From NCBI GenBank assembly GCA_051294905.1, contig CM119371.1:37512001-37576000 (forward strand): 64,000 nucleotides of DNA. Reading direction: 5' to 3'. This DNA comes from Botryllus schlosseri. Lineage: Eukaryota. A program made the position numbers and the translations under genes. Below are positions 63,962-64,000 of this stretch, piece after piece. The notes beneath the pieces are model-generated. The model was not told where the DNA came from. It ran no database searches and was given only the letters and a program-made list of their open reading frames with translations. Position 1 is the stretch's first letter. Each line of letters opens with the position of its first letter.

Positions 63962-64000
63962 CATTGCACGCAAGCGGAAATGATGTATCGGAGAATTCGT

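Overview
Eukaryotic (animal) genomic DNA, moderately AT-rich, with GT-AG introns, tRNA-derived SINEs, a LINE and very many non-autonomous DNA transposons. The repeat landscape suggests a marine invertebrate, possibly an ascidian (low-confidence inference). The window starts at an EcoRI site, so it may be a clone end. The host-gene content is a C-type lectin-like (CTLD) cluster. Two six-exon minus-strand paralogs lie in a tandem segmental duplication (units about 19.7-37.7 kb and 48.5-63.5 kb). They encode signal peptide + Pro/Gln/His-rich repeats + short hydrophobic motif + Thr-rich stalk + a non-canonical CTLD. Copy B (53697-57675) is intact (290 aa by my splice model). Copy A (26860-33940) has an in-frame TGA and has lost the last CTLD Cys. 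I also read at least three, and possibly six, decayed CTLD relics on both strands that the ORF track does not show as genes. Mobile DNA includes a very young Mag-like Ty3/Gypsy element (identical 135-bp LTRs, 5-bp TSD, apparently capsid-deleted Gag), a degenerate CR1/L2-like LINE split by a hAT element, and deeply nested hAT MITEs, two of them inserted into their own family in inverted orientation. All alignments and translations were done by eye; no database searches were run.
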